A stretch of 63,431 bases of DNA, the filler included, from Rhabdomonas costata (lineage: Eukaryota): the NCBI GenBank assembly GCA_019059605.1. It is 37 parts of 37 records of this genome, joined end to end, with 100 filler letters (N's around TTAATTAATTAA, not from the genome) between each part and the next. Parts side by side here need not be neighbours in the genome. Positions count along the whole stretch, not along the records: positions 24,051 to 25,667 come from JAHMHO010011903.1; positions 25,768 to 27,382 come from JAHMHO010011904.1; positions 27,483 to 29,099 come from JAHMHO010011905.1; positions 29,200 to 30,815 come from JAHMHO010011906.1; positions 30,916 to 32,532 come from JAHMHO010011907.1; positions 32,633 to 34,249 come from JAHMHO010011908.1; positions 34,350 to 35,966 come from JAHMHO010011909.1; positions 36,067 to 37,683 come from JAHMHO010011910.1; 29 more parts are not named here. One strand, 5' to 3'. The notes beneath the pieces were generated by a model that did not search any database, was not told the DNA's origin, and saw nothing but the letters and a program-made list of their open reading frames with translations. Positions 25,496 through 39,358 of this stretch are shown piece by piece. Within the stretch, counting starts at the first letter, position 1. Every line of letters starts with the position of its first letter. Made by a program: the position numbers and the translations under genes.

Positions 25496-28400
25496 CAAAA
25501 AAGGCAACAACAGCCCCAAGTAGAGAAAAGAAAATAGCAAAACAGGCAAAATTTACTCTTAAACAGCATGTCTTCAATTTCGCCACCTGTCCCGAAAACG
25601 GTTTACGGCATTTCAATTCCGTACCAATGAGGAGGAGAACTAACCTTTACCACCAAACACCCCAACANNNNNNNNNNNNNNNNNNNNNNNNNNNNNNNNN
25701 NNNNNNNNNNNTTAATTAATTAANNNNNNNNNNNNNNNNNNNNNNNNNNNNNNNNNNNNNNNNNNNNTGTGTTAGGTGAGTTTGGTGGGTGGGTGGCTGT
25801 GGCTATTCTCGTCCAAGTGGTTCAGTGCCCAATCCCTTGGAAGAGGGGAGGGGGGGAGTTGAGTGTCGTCCATTTTTGAAGGGGAGGACGCTGGGTGAAT
25901 CACAGCGGAAGTCATAATGCTCCTTGCGGGCAGGGAAGGTGGGGTCTAAACGAGTACAAGGGGTGGGGACTAAAGCCAACGCCACTTTGCCAAGTTTTTA
26001 TTTAGTTCTTGCTCTGGCGCAGTGCCAAAACACAAAAAAGTGGTCGTCAGGGAAGAAAAAAGCCGGCACCAAACCAAACTGCAAAATACAAGACAGATAT
26101 AAATTGTTTGGTCTTCTAACTTTGGGTCCGATGCATTGAGGGGGTGAGGAGGGGGATGTCAACGGTTTAACGACTTTGAATGATAAGGCCCCATATGCTG
26201 GTGGGCTTGGCCACCAGAAAAATTCCCTTATGTGTCGCTTTTGCGGCGCATTATTACAAAAATCCTGGCCCCCCACGGCAACGTTCCCGCCTCAGCCGCC
26301 CGCTCTGGCGGGCCTTCGCCACTTAAATAACTCTGTCCCTTTTGTTAGGCAACTCCTGGGAACCGTTCATCGCCGTTCCCGGGCAAATTCACCGAAGTCA
26401 GCCTCTGACATGCCAGACAAACCGAAGAAAGGTACCCCTACAAAATGTCCAGTGTTGTTACTCACCGCTTAACCACAATGAATTGTTTAACACCTCCACA
26501 CACAAAAAAATGCATCGGACCCAACCGAGCTCGTTGGTGTCCCGAAGCACCTGAACTGCGCCCGTTTTTTGGTTCGAGTCTCTTTTCAAAGCCAAGCTTT
26601 AACATTTTTGGTCTGAAGTTGGGTTTTCATGAGTTTTCCGGGGGATAAACGAGTGTTAATTGTGCACCAGATTGGTCACAGTCCTACTTTTTGAGCTCGT
26701 CAAATTTAGTGTCCACCGCGATAAGTCCCGATTTATAGAAATACGACTGAAAAAGATATGTTTGTGTTGCCGCGTCCTGCATTCTCTTGCCCCCCTTTGT
26801 TTGGCTCTCCTTCCCTCCTTCACGCCTACTCGTATCAGAAAGTGCCTTCGCTGTGCGTGGACCCGTCCGCCTCGCGGAATGACGGGCTGCAGGAGGGGGA
26901 CTCACTGTACCTTGTGCTCCGCCACCACAGCCCCACTCGCTCAGGCTCTCCCTCGTTCCGCCGGGGCCACCCCAACCCATCCCAGCACTGGGCGGGTCCG
27001 GAGAACATCCCCAACCCAAAGGAGCCGTGAGTGAGCCTATGTGCGCTTTGGATAGTATTGTCCTCATTTGAGAAACGGTTGCAGCCCGGACGTTTCCGAC
27101 GTATGCCTCACTTCTCTTGGGTTATTTCTCTTGTTGTGTGACGTTATAACATTTTCTATTATCGGTAGAATTATTAGCAAAAGTTTTAACGCCCAAAAAA
27201 CGCTGATGCTACTTAACGGTGCCTCGATCTTCATTAGCAGCAACGAGAGAATGACGTTGCGGCGAACTTGAGCGTTGCTGGTCAAAGTTTAAACTAAAAA
27301 AGACATGAAGCATATTGCACGCTTGCCTACAGCGGACAATATGCTTCATGTCTTTTTTAGTTTAAACTTTGACCACCAACACNNNNNNNNNNNNNNNNNN
27401 NNNNNNNNNNNNNNNNNNNNNNNNNNTTAATTAATTAANNNNNNNNNNNNNNNNNNNNNNNNNNNNNNNNNNNNNNNNNNNNTTTTGTTCAATGCTCACT
27501 GTCCCTGACTGTATCGCGTTGCCGCATTGGGTGTTGGTTTCTCACACAGTGCCAGCTGGAGTCCGCTGCCCCGAGATTGGCAATGGTTTGGCGACGCGGG
27601 GTGTGTACAACCTCCGGGGACTTCACTGTGACGATGGCCTTGCCCATGAACCTTCGCCCCCCCTCCCCCGAGCTCCTCCCTATCGCTCAACCGGTTAGCG
27701 CCCTGAAGGTCTCACTAAGGGCATTCAAGGCGAGCTTAAAAACAGAGCGAAACGGGAAAAAAACTTTCGCAGCGAAACCACAACCTGCACATGCACGCAA
27801 AGAACTTGCAACTGGCACCCTGCTGCAGCACCAGTTTGAGCGATGGTAAGAGAGAGAGAGAAATTGGATGATGGCAAAACGTGATGCTTGAAAATGACGA
27901 GAACGCTTTCTCCAAAAGTCAAAAAGACTGCCAATGCTCTACTCAACACCTCGTAATGGCCATGAACCGTGACCTAGGGGGTGTAAGACGTCTGTTATAG
28001 TGAGACGTCTAACGCTGTCAGGCAACCATCCAGCACACACGTATCTCCTCTCGACGGATGAATGGTAGGGCCTTAAAGAGGGCAGGCAGGGAGCCTGAGC
28101 TCAGCAAAGTGGATCATACTGGTTGACCAGATTCATGCCCTTATTCGCGGACTGAAGCACAAAGTTGTACAGGCTGGAGTTGGCCAGGATGGTTCCCGCA
28201 ACCAGCGCAAAGAACCTGAGGGCCCATTGAACAATCAACACAAACAATGAGACCGCTCATTTCTTTCTTGCGAGTGGACAAACCAAAGGAGATGTCAGAC
28301 GTTAGGAGGTGAGTACTAAGGAATCGCCGAATCGCTGCCGTCCTGAAAATCAAAGCCAAGGCTCTGTGAGTCCGCATACACAGGAGGCTGCACTGCCTGA

Positions 28401-28819
28401 GGTCAGAAGTCCGAACAATCCCATTGGGGCTTAAGACGAAGTACAGGAAACGGTTGTGCGCTGGTCCTTGCACCCCAGGCCAGTCACTTCCATTTTGGCG
28501 GCTCTTATATATTGTCCAATCTTGTGCCGCTTCTTGCCCGCTGCAGCCGGAGGGTTTGTTGGGGGCACCCACAACTCAGGGGAAAGCAAAAAAAAAAAGG
28601 AAAGAAAAAAATAAAAAATAAAAAATAAAGGGGGAGGGGACCAAATGAATGAGGTCAGCGACTCAACTGGAGAAGAGGAAAGGCAGCACGGTGCGTTGTG
28701 CTCAGAGAATAAACGGATTGCATGTGTGCCATAAATGGTGAGGTAAAGGATGCGGTGTAAGGAATAAACGGCCGTGTGAACGGAATCGCGCATGCGCAAA
28801 GGACGAAACGCCCAATTAC

Positions 28820-28975
28820 CCAAGCATCTCCTCGTCTTCTTCGTCAAAGGTCTTCATGCCATTGGTGCGGTTGACCAGCTGCAGCACCGCGACGACCTCT
28901 CTCTCGTAGAAGATCGGAATCGTCAGCAGGCAGTGGGTGCGGTAGCCCAGCCTTTTGTCCACCTCCTTGTTAAAG
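28820..28975 (-). CDS. GAF domain exon (cyclic-nucleotide phosphodiesterase/cyclase type)
   Basis: FNKEVDKRLGYRTHCLLTIPI...VVAVLQLVNR...FDEEDEEML (NKFDE-type motif). TTCAG acceptor and GTAATT donor. Confidence 0.88.
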
Positions 28976-31437
28976 CTGAACATGAGCGAAGGGTCCATAA
29001 ATATTCACTGTCACGCACCAAAATCGGCTTGACTTGAATCCATATCACGGTCTGACACGCTGGCGTGATGGTGAAGACAGCTCTGGCCTCAACCCACCCN
29101 NNNNNNNNNNNNNNNNNNNNNNNNNNNNNNNNNNNNNNNNNNNTTAATTAATTAANNNNNNNNNNNNNNNNNNNNNNNNNNNNNNNNNNNNNNNNNNNNT
29201 TGTTGGGGTCTGAATTTCCGACCACCTCCGAAAAATCTGAAAATGAGTTGTGTGTTTGCGGGGTGGGGGCGCATCGATGAAATTGGGAAGGAGACTGCAA
29301 AGGAGTGAGCAGGTGTTAGCCATGGTCCAGGGAAAGAGGTGAGATTCGTACAAAGGGACGCAAATCTTCACGAAGCTGAATGAAGTTTCCTCCGTTGTGG
29401 TTGGCTTGCTTGTTGGCTTGATTATTTTGCCTTATGGATTCTTGCCCTATCTTTCGTTTCTGCACTCCTGCCCTTCTCCGCTGCTGCTCCAGCATCAGTG
29501 CCTTGCAGTCTATCTGCTAGCACGTAGCCTGTTTTTTGTTTTCCGATTTAACTGTAATTTTGCCTTTTCCTTTAGTACAATCTGCGAACATCACTTTGAA
29601 ACTTGACAGGAAGTTTCGTGTTAGGTGTATCTTGGGGACCCCCTCTGTTTTACGGTGCACTTTACGGACCCAAGGTATGGATGCATTGAGGGTGTGCTGC
29701 GCAGGAAGATACGAAAAGGTCGAACACACCCCGAGCACCTGGTCCCTGTCCAGTTTACCCCTCTCTCAAGTGCAGGCCGACCCAACGGTCCCCTGATCCA
29801 CCCCTCAATCCACCACACAACAACATAGCGCACATAGGGGGCATGGGAAAGATGAGGATGAGTGTGAGTGTGAGAGTGAGCGAGGGTGGGAGCGAGTGAG
29901 GCTGGAGAGAGGGATGGAGTCACTCCTCTCACGACGACCCCAGAGCGGCTGCCATGCGTGAACGAAAGCCACTTGAAGGCCATCTGAAGAGAGAAGCACA
30001 GACTAAAATGCTTCCCACTCAAAGTGACACAAGAGAGAGAGGTCAATGAGATTGGAGGAGTGGATGACAGGTTCGTCAATGGGTGGGCATGAGACAGAGG
30101 TGCTAAAATTTGAGCGGTGACCCTGGCTGAAATGATGATTTGGGGTTTGGGGTTTGGGCCATCTATCCGGTTTTGCAATCGCTTGCAGACGCCGCTTACC
30201 TTTCTGAAAGATGCGAATAACCAATGCCTTTGCCTTTGCGGTAAAATTGCACCGAAGGGTTCACAGCCTTTCATTTTACAATGCGTCCGGCCACTGTGTG
30301 CAAGCCAGGGTGGACAGAAATATGGGTCTCTCAACCTCTCCCCCTTCACGCTTTTTCCTTTGGTTTTTGAAATGTCATTGTGTGGCTGCAACTTGTTTTG
30401 GAACTTACGGTACAAGTAAAACCACGCAAGCTGATGAGATGTCTGATGTGGTGAGAAGAGGCGCAGGGGAGAGGTTCTTGAGGGAAGGAGGGAGCCCCAG
30501 ATCTCATTTCTGCGTCTCTCGATGTGTCTTGTCTTGCTCAGTCTCCCTAAGGGACTCAGTTATTGCACAGGTTGTTTGTCTCTCACATCCCCGCCGCATC
30601 TAACCGCCGGAAATCTTCTATCCCCCACCTCACCCAATTTCCCTCTCCCTGCAGTCCACGTGTTGGGTGAGGCGAGCCGCCGGAAAGGAAGGAGGCACAG
30701 AAATAGTGTGAAAAGGAGCCGTAGAAAAGTTTTGTGTGTATGTGTGTGTGCCACTAATCCCAACCGCCTCCACTCGCTGACCCCAAGGCCACCGCCTTAC
30801 AACCCACCACCCCCCNNNNNNNNNNNNNNNNNNNNNNNNNNNNNNNNNNNNNNNNNNNNTTAATTAATTAANNNNNNNNNNNNNNNNNNNNNNNNNNNNN
30901 NNNNNNNNNNNNNNNTTTGTTTGGGAAGATTTGAGACGGGGAAAAAGCAGCCTAACAGACCTGGAGAATATTTTGGGACGCGCACTGCGGCTTTCGCTGT
31001 AGGGGTGGGGTGGGCCGGCAGTTATAAGCAAACTTTGACGGCGATCAAGGGTCGAATAGCAAATGCCACAGAGGGAATTTGAGTGAATGCCGTGCCATAA
31101 TGTGAATATACTCACCATAAAGAGCTTAGCCAACAAACCAAAAGATAATTTTAGGGAGGAGGCGCGACTGAAGGCCGCAGTGCACTCTGGTGGTGGGTGG
31201 GGCGAGTCTATGAAAGGGTTCGGTTTAAGTTTAAGCTTATCTTCCAGGACTTGGAGTTCTCAGCAAATGGTATCTTGTGTTATCGGATCATCGGGACTTT
31301 GGGTCAGCAGCATTTGCTACCGAAGTAGGGAGAACGAATCGGTCACCAGAATAGCCAGAAAGGGCCTCACCTCCTCCGCACACCCACCATCACCCCACTA
31401 AAAACTGAAAAACTCTGGTGTAGAGCAAATTAAGCAC

Positions 31438-32298
31438 CAATGAGCAGGTCGTCCTTCTTGTCCTGGTGCCCGTAAATGGTGTCATACAGCAGCGTCCACA
31501 GCACGCCGGCCAGGTACACCGGAATGGCAGGCGGAGCAAGCGAGTCCGCCACCGCGGCAAATCCCACCAACACGCCTGGACACCCAGGTGGGTGGGGGGC
31601 CTCGGGGGTTTGGTGCAGCGTGACGTGACAATGCGAGTCTCAAAATGTCGCCCCGTGTATATAGCTATTAGACAACTTAATTCCATTCACACCATCTGTG
31701 GTGTGGTACTTCAACGCACGCCATATAAACGAGTCAACGAACATGATATTCACAGATAGAGAAGGAAAAAGCTCTCAAAGCTTCAACAAGCGAGCAACGT
31801 GTGGAAACTCGAAATCAATCACACACTTGATGATGTTGGGTGTTTTCTGTACATCTTGGTCTTGGGATTGCGTTTGTTTGCAGAAAAAATGTGAATATCT
31901 TTTTTCATGTCTAAATCTTGCGGGGTGCGCTGTGGTCCGATTTCCGTGAGTAAATTAGATAAAAATCACACACTTCAGAAAGAACGCGAAATCGAAAAAA
32001 AGTATTACGGATCAGTCCATTAACAACGTTCCAATTATCCTTCCGACGTCGGGGGGGGGGGCAGTCTTTGAATTAGATCTTCGCCAAACAACAAGGTACC
32101 GAGTGCACTGGCAGGCAAAAACGCACCCCAGTTATAGGCCAAGCCGAGCACCAGCTGAGGGAAATAAGTGTACCGCTTTGCCAAGGGGTAGGCCGCGGCC
32201 AGAAGTACGGAGGGCAGCGCCACTCCGATCGCCGTGTTGTTCAGGCAGAGCAGCACCGCCAATCCCGCGGTGAGATGCAGAGTGAGATAAACGAAGGC
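31438..32298 (-). CDS. COQ2: 4-hydroxybenzoate polyprenyltransferase, exons 32298-32127 and 31575-31438
   Basis: YPLAKRYTYFPQLVLGLAYNW|GVLVGFAAV...WTLLYDTIYGHQDKKDDLLI are UbiA/COQ2 motifs. Phase-1 GT-AG intron. Confidence 0.93.
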
Positions 32299-35200
32299 CT
32301 GGAAGCAGAAGAAGGAGAACCTCTCTCCCTCTTGTGCTTCATACTTCAAGACGACAAGGACCCCGAAACATCTGGAGTGTTTTATGAGGATGCAAGGCAT
32401 AAAAGTTCCGCGAGGGGGCGGGACTCGAATCAAGCAATTTGATTGCATTGAGACGTTGGCGGCGATGTGACATTTCGTGTGACATTTCGCCAACGTCTCA
32501 ATGCAATCAAATTGCTTGATTCGAGTCCCACCNNNNNNNNNNNNNNNNNNNNNNNNNNNNNNNNNNNNNNNNNNNNTTAATTAATTAANNNNNNNNNNNN
32601 NNNNNNNNNNNNNNNNNNNNNNNNNNNNNNNNGTGTTTGTGGGAAATGCTCTGTGAGGTCAAGCTGCCGCAGCCTGCCAGGGTTATCCAGCTTGACCTCA
32701 CAGAGCATTTCCCGCAAGAGCTCTACCATCGCGCCCGTCCCTGGGGCAAGGGCCTTGCCTCGGAGCGAGAACAGCCCACAGGGCTCAGTGGTGCTGACAA
32801 CCCACACATGCCCGCGTGAAGACATGGGAAGGGGGGTCAGGCTCGCGGTTGAACTGAGTTGGCACTGCAATTGTCCGAAGAAAAAATGATGAACGAAAAT
32901 TTACGCACTGTATCTACGGCGGCTTTCGAAGATAAAGTTGTGCACCAAGAGGCGACGGCATTAAGGGTTAAGCGTCCAGAGACAGCGAGGTTCGCCCCGA
33001 GTTTCGAGTTTCGAGTTTCGCCACCTTAGAGGTTTGCAGTACTTTAAGCAATCATTAAGGATTGCAGGAATCCATTGCGAAGCCGAAGCAGGCCTATAAG
33101 CTTTTCGATATACAAAGGCCTCCAAAAACGCCACGAGACCGCCATTCCATCCACAGCCGTATGTGCTAATTCTGCTGCCACCTGCTGCCACCTTCACTTT
33201 TTTATTTGCGTGGCATATGCCAGACCGCCCGCCACCCTGCTTACAAACTTTTGATCGTGCGCCCCCACGCGCAAGTGTTTCGTGTGGACTCATGTGGTTC
33301 TTGGTCGTTGCGTCATTTCCATTTTCCCCTCGAAAAACAAAAATTTACCGCAGGGAAACGCAGGGAAACGTTCTTTGGCCCTTCGCTCCTTTGTCGCCCC
33401 CCACCCCGTTTTCCCCTTCACTGGTCCCTTTCCTGCACCCCTCATCGTGCGCCCTTGTTCACGGACATTCTTTCTATGCTTACTGTTTCTTGTCCCGGTT
33501 GCTCCCCCGCTGCATATATATCCTGCTTCCCAGGTCACTCGCAAGCAAAGAACTCTGCTGGCAGTTTGCGGATCGAAAAATTTTCTTTTATTGTTAACCT
33601 TCTATTAATGTTAACTTGATTCGCTTTCGAAGGACTTGGCGTCGGTAGAACATGGTACTAGTGAGTCTAAAACAAGACCGAAGAAAATGAGATGTGGGAA
33701 AGTGGCGAGGGTAAAAAGCCAAGGGAAAGAAATTGAAATCGAAATTGAAGCTGCAAGAGAGGGTGCACTTACGGCACAGTTCATGCACATGCACAGAGGT
33801 GCTCCGGAATTCTTCAGAAATTCCTCACAGCGCTTCTGCAAAAAAAAAAGCGCTCATCCACAGAGAACCCACCAGTGTCACCAGTGTCTTTTTCATACAA
33901 GTATCCCCGACCTTCATGCGCGCAAAGCAGCTCGAATCACAAGGCCAAAGGAACCGCATTCACGAAAAGGATGGTGGCACGGCGATTAATTATCCAAACT
34001 TTGAGAAAAAACACGAGACGCGAGAGGCGGCTGCGGCGAGCCAAACTCAGGGAAATACCCCAGCTTGCTGGACGTGAAGGTGGACGGGGAGATCCCCCCG
34101 GTGAGGGTGCCGATCCTGCGCTGCAGCTGTACAAAGTCCCTCCGAGTTGTACCCAGCTGAGTGAAGCACTGCGAGAACAGCGGTACCAGGGGGATCAGCC
34201 GTTCGGGCACGGCACCCAGGTGGAAGCCCACGTCCAGGTAAAACCCCCCNNNNNNNNNNNNNNNNNNNNNNNNNNNNNNNNNNNNNNNNNNNNTTAATTA
34301 ATTAANNNNNNNNNNNNNNNNNNNNNNNNNNNNNNNNNNNNNNNNNNNNCCCCAAAGTGAGCGAGCCAGAGAGGGGACAGGAAGTGAGGGAGTGTGTGTT
34401 TAAACTCTGTTTGTGGTACAAGTCTCGGTACACGTGAGGGTGGCTCCGATATAAATCCGGGGTTTAAGTGTACGTGATATGCGTGTTTGCGCGTGTGTCA
34501 GGTCTCCCTGGTCCGCACGTTTCTTGTTTCAAGAAGTAGTATCCTTTTTCACAAATACGATATTTGATTTCTCACCCCTAATCTTGCAGGTTCTGCTGTA
34601 CTCCCACTTGGAACTTGCAGCATATTTGCGATCGAGCTGCTTCGGCTTAATGTCCCTTTCATTTGTTCTACCGCCTCTAGCCAGCTTACGCATCCCACCC
34701 ACCCCCACAGGTCAACATCTACATTCCGACTTCCCTTCGTTTATTGCCCTCGCAGTACTCACCCTTCCTCCCATCAAACGCCAGTTTTGATTCCGACCTT
34801 CTTTTTTCCTGTTGGCTTTCCTCCTTAATGGCCCAAGTTTCCGTGCCGCCTGCACTTGGAGGACGGTGGTGTGATGTCATATTTTCAAATATGGCATTCT
34901 GGTATACTTCCAAATTAATTTGACGTCTTTCTCGAAGCCAGCCCATCCACATTCTGGAACCAAACCTTTGTTGGGTATCTGCACCAGGCCGGACACTGAC
35001 AATTTTACAGAATCCCAAGCTCCATTTTCCACTTTTTCAGTGTTTTCAGTGTTTTTGTTGGAGGTACTTTCTGAAGCACTATCTTCCGAGTCCTCTCGCA
35101 CGATTATTAACTTGTTTTACACCCGATTATTTTCTTGTTTCACTTGTCCTCCTCACGTTGCTCATCACAACTGTGGTGACAGCAATGCGTTGTGCACAAT

Positions 35201-35807
35201 GGAACGCCCTACTATGTCTGCTGGTCTCGTGGAACATCTCAACTAAAGCGGGTCCTTGTTTTCATACGTTTCGGACCCCTTCAGCACACCTTTTCCACAG
35301 TTCTGCTCAAAGGGGCTGAGGGACTTCACGTGGAAGTGACCACCATATCTGGTAGGCACTAGATTCCAAAATTAAGAGGAAAGCTTTGTTTATCCTTGTT
35401 GCTGACTTCTTCGACAGCGGCTGTTCACTGAAACCTGATCAAGCGTCAATTTGATTAATTTATTCATTGAGCTTTTGGAGTTGCTGTTTTTTGCCATGCT
35501 GCTGTGTCTTCTTTTGGCGGCTCAGGGACATCGCGAGTGATCACACTCCCCTCTTCCGCCGCGAGTTGTCTGGTGATCACGTAAACAGAGATTTGCCTCC
35601 TGCGCGGAACAAAGAACTGACAACTGTTCTTGATGTCAGATGAATTCCCCTTCCCCAGCGTTTGGTACACAACCCCACTTCCTGTGACCTGCCCGGTATC
35701 CCTTTGTTGCAGGAGTGAAGCTGAACGTGCGCGAGCGTAGGTGTGGATGCGGATGCATCGACAATGATGGAGTGAGTGGGGGGATGGGGGGGGGGACGTG
35801 TCACTGC

Positions 35808-35947
35808 CTGGTGCGGTATCTCACAATGGCCCCGCAGACCCCGCTAGAGTTGACCGGAAGCACCGCAACCTCGGCGACCTCCCCGAAGGGCGCAAACATC
35901 GCGGCCAGGGCCTCGCGAGTGCACCCCGCGGGGACATTCCCCACAAA
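35808..35947 (-). CDS. RRM domain exon fragment
   Basis: FVGNVPAGCTREALAAMFAPFGEVAEVAVLP...GAIVRY (RNP2 and RNP1-like). Truncated by the contig end. Confidence 0.72.
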
Positions 35948-36685
35948 CCACCCAAACACACCAACANNNNNNNNNNNNNNNNNNNNNNNNNNNNNNNNNN
36001 NNNNNNNNNNTTAATTAATTAANNNNNNNNNNNNNNNNNNNNNNNNNNNNNNNNNNNNNNNNNNNNTTGAGGCACACCCCAAAGGTGTGGCTGGCCACCG
36101 ACAGCAGGCCCTGCACGGCGCTGCGCTTGAGGTTGGGCACCACCCAGCCCACCCAGTTGTGATCCGAGGCCAGCAGGGTCAGGACGCCCCGCACGGCCCC
36201 CGCGGGCACCTCCCACAAAGCCGCAATCATCGCCACGCTGACCTGCTCCGGGAGCTGCAGAAGTTTGAGAAAAACAATGAACAGCAGAAGAATGGGTTCA
36301 GGGGCACCAGGCATGGCCTGCATTGGGGAACGCGAGGAAGTTACAGAGACTTGGGCCCACGGAGCGGGTGAGGGGTTTCTGGGTGGTTGTTTGGTTGTGT
36401 AGTGACCCACCTAGCCCACCTGGCTGTGAATACGATACAAGATGATGAGCTGTGTCAGCTTTTGCTTACCCCTCCTTCCTGGACCTTAAGTTTAGGCGCC
36501 GGGGCGGGTACCTCTTCGCCGTTTTACGATGCGTATGGTTGAACCCCAGCGGGTTTTGGGTGAGGGACATCTTCCCAGAAGTTTTCCGATGCATTAGCGC
36601 AGCACGGTCAACATGGGCTGGGCGCCGAATATACAGGAGGAGGGGGTGGTGGTGGGGCAGAATGGCACACCCAGGGATAACGGAC

Positions 36686-36802
36686 ATTGAAGGTAGAGTA
36701 CGGCAGCACCACCCCCAGGTCCAGTAGGAGGAGGATGAACCCCAGTAGCAGGAACATCGCCCAGCACGACAGGATAATGCACCTCGAGCAGGCAAAGATT
36801 TC
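36686..36802 (-). CDS. Probable exon of a membrane protein
   Basis: TTTTTTCAG acceptor and GTCCGT donor, 39 codons with high GC3: EIFACSRCIILSCWAMFLLLGFILLLLDLGVVLPYSTFN. Confidence 0.45.
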
Positions 36803-37041
36803 CTGAAAAAACCCCACAAAAACTTGAGAGCATCTGAGAGCGGCGCATGTCAATCCAACACGCGTGTTGTTTCACGAAAAATCCTGTGGGGGGTGAGCTT
36901 GTATCCCCTGAAGCAACATTTCTGACACAGCAGGGATTCCCATAATTTTTTCACTCCTTCCGAATTCTTTGTGTTTCCTGCACTTCGTATTTTTCATATT
37001 TCCGGTATCGCTCCGGGGATTTTCATATCTTTTCTTGCAAG

Positions 37042-37187
37042 GCGCTGCTGTTCACGCTGTTCTGGACGGAGCTGTGGGGGCTGTCGCTGAATTGGTTTGT
37101 GGAGGGACTACTCACTAGCCTGATCCTGTTCCCGATCATCTTGGTGCTGGGATCGCCGTTTTACCACACTCCGCGCTGCCTGCTATG
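37042..37187 (+). CDS. Probable exon of a membrane protein
   Basis: TTTTCTTGCAAG acceptor and GTGCGA donor, high GC3: ALLFTLFWTELWGLSLNWFVEGLLTSLILFPIILVLGSPFYHTPRCLL. Confidence 0.45.
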
Positions 37188-37812
37188 GTGCGACGATCCA
37201 CTTCCTTCCATGATCGTTTTCCTGCTTCTTGGGCTCCTCGTCCTCCAATTCAACTGTCTAGCATCGTTTTGTTCCCCGCAAATGCGCGCGCGCAAACCCA
37301 TGCAAGCCTTCGAAACGAAAGATCGGCATGCCCGCACAGACGGGGTGCCCAGCAAAAGCGACGGCACACACCAGCGGGCTATACTGTCTGAGACCACGGG
37401 GCAGGCAAACAACAAACATATGCACACTGGAGTGCACACTGGAACAGAATGAAAACGACGGAAGGAGAGAAGGGAAACTGCATCGGTGCGAAGAGGAGGA
37501 GCTGAGGAGGGAACTGCTCCTTAGGCGGGTGCAAAAGGCCCAGCACCCGCACACAGGGAGGAGGACGGGGGTGGGGGTAAGCCGAAGCAAACTCACTTCA
37601 GGCGACGGCTAAGCCGACGCTGTCCAGTCACCCAGCCATGCTAGCGAAGACACGAAGTCAACCTAATCCCCGCGGCGGGGGAGNNNNNNNNNNNNNNNNN
37701 NNNNNNNNNNNNNNNNNNNNNNNNNNNTTAATTAATTAANNNNNNNNNNNNNNNNNNNNNNNNNNNNNNNNNNNNNNNNNNNNGTGTGGGGGGTCCATAT
37801 TGTCTCTTCTCA

Positions 37813-39358
37813 GTGTGAGTTCCAACTTTGCCGCGGAAAGCAGCAATGGTGCGGGCCGAGGCTCCCTCTCCACGGGTGGTCCCTCCGTCCTGCAAAGAGT
37901 GGGCGGGCAGCTGGAGAACACTCTAGCAGACCTCCGGACGTACGTTGTCCGAGAGGTCCGCTCCGTCGCAACCTCAGCATATCTTTTTTTGTGCACGCTT
38001 GGCTGTCTGATAGTTTGTGGAACTCAGGGTACGAGGTGTGCACACCGTCACTCTTCTTTCTCGTTCGTTTTCAAATTGCCTCTGTGGCCGGCAGTGTTGT
38101 GGGGAGGAGTATTTCAGGTTTTAAAATGGTATGGGTCGTGCTGTGGTGTGCACATCACCTGATATTTTGATTCATCCTGTACTTCCTGTGCTTGGGCAAT
38201 AGCTTACCAGAACACCACTGGTGCCGGGGAAAATAAGCGATTAGAAGTTTCTCTAGCCCTCCCATTTATGCCCATTACCTATTACCCATTACCCATTTTC
38301 TGGTGGTTTTCAGACGTTGGAGTATCTCAGTCTCCCCTCCAACAAAGTCACCGGGGGGAGGATATCCGTCATGTGCGTCATGTGTTTAACACTGCAATGA
38401 AGAGAATATGCGCATATCTTTCTGCACGCCCTGGGGTGTGACGTGGTGTGATGCGCCCCGCGGTAGGGGATCATCTCTGCCTTAGGATTACCTCCTTACT
38501 AACTTGAGCCCAGGAGAGGAATACCAGGAAAGTGGTCGACCATTGATGCCCTGCGCCTGTAGTATGTGTCGGTTTGTTTTACATGGGGTAGTCCTCCCAC
38601 GCGCCGCCTGTGGAGCTCATGGCTGCCTCTGGGGGCGCCGGGACGGGGCTGCTGCGGTGGCTGGGCAGCACCTCTGTGGTGGTGCTGAAGCTTGGGCTGG
38701 CGGGAGGTGTGGCGTTTGCCGTGGCATGGTACCTGGGCTACGACCCCAGGGACCTGATGGCCGTCACACGCTCCACCCTGGATGCCACTATGCAGGTCTC
38801 TCCTTCCCGACATTCCCACGAAAGGGCAGTGCCGTCGCGCTTGAACTATGGCAAAACCCAGAAACCAGATAGCGCATTGGTGGGGAACCCGTCATTGTTC
38901 TTTGCTCTTAAATTACTCAAATTTCTATCTCTCACTTTCCTATGTTTGTTTTGCAACCCATGCCGGCTCGGTTATTTTCTTGAATGGCGATTGCGCTAGG
39001 GTCGTTGTTATGTTTGACAGCAGTCAGATATGAGCAGCTCCGAGAAGAATGGAGTTATTCTTTCACGAGCTTGACTTCATTGTTCACCCAAACCTTTCAT
39101 CCCCCTCGCTTTCCTGACTGCTGCGCGCCATTCTAGGCCGTTTCCCACCCTTTTTGTTTGAGCAAACCGATGAGCCGTATTTTCATGGATTCACTTGGTG
39201 GCTCTGTTTTTGTATGGTCGCAACAGGTGCTGCAGAACCGGGTGCAGGCCTTGAGGGAAGGCTGCGAGGTTGGCTTCCAGACCCTAACCGCGACCCTGGA
39301 GCAGCACCGCGAGGAGATGGCCGAGCTCGAGGCGGAGCTGGAGGAACGCATCCGCCAG
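37813..39358 (+). CDS. DUF1664-like TM plus coiled-coil protein, exons about 37813-37955, 38592-38795, 39227-39358
   Basis: AGGVAFAVAWYLGYDPRDLMAVTRSTLDATMQ|VLQNRVQALRE... resembles the DUF1664 GxSxxDLMxVTxR motif followed by a coiled coil. Phase-0 GT-AG junctions. Confidence 0.45.

Noticed and set aside
35800..35810. Second GC donor after the RRM exon
   Set aside because: A GT donor (GTGACA) lies 3 nt further on, before the stop, so a GC donor is not required.
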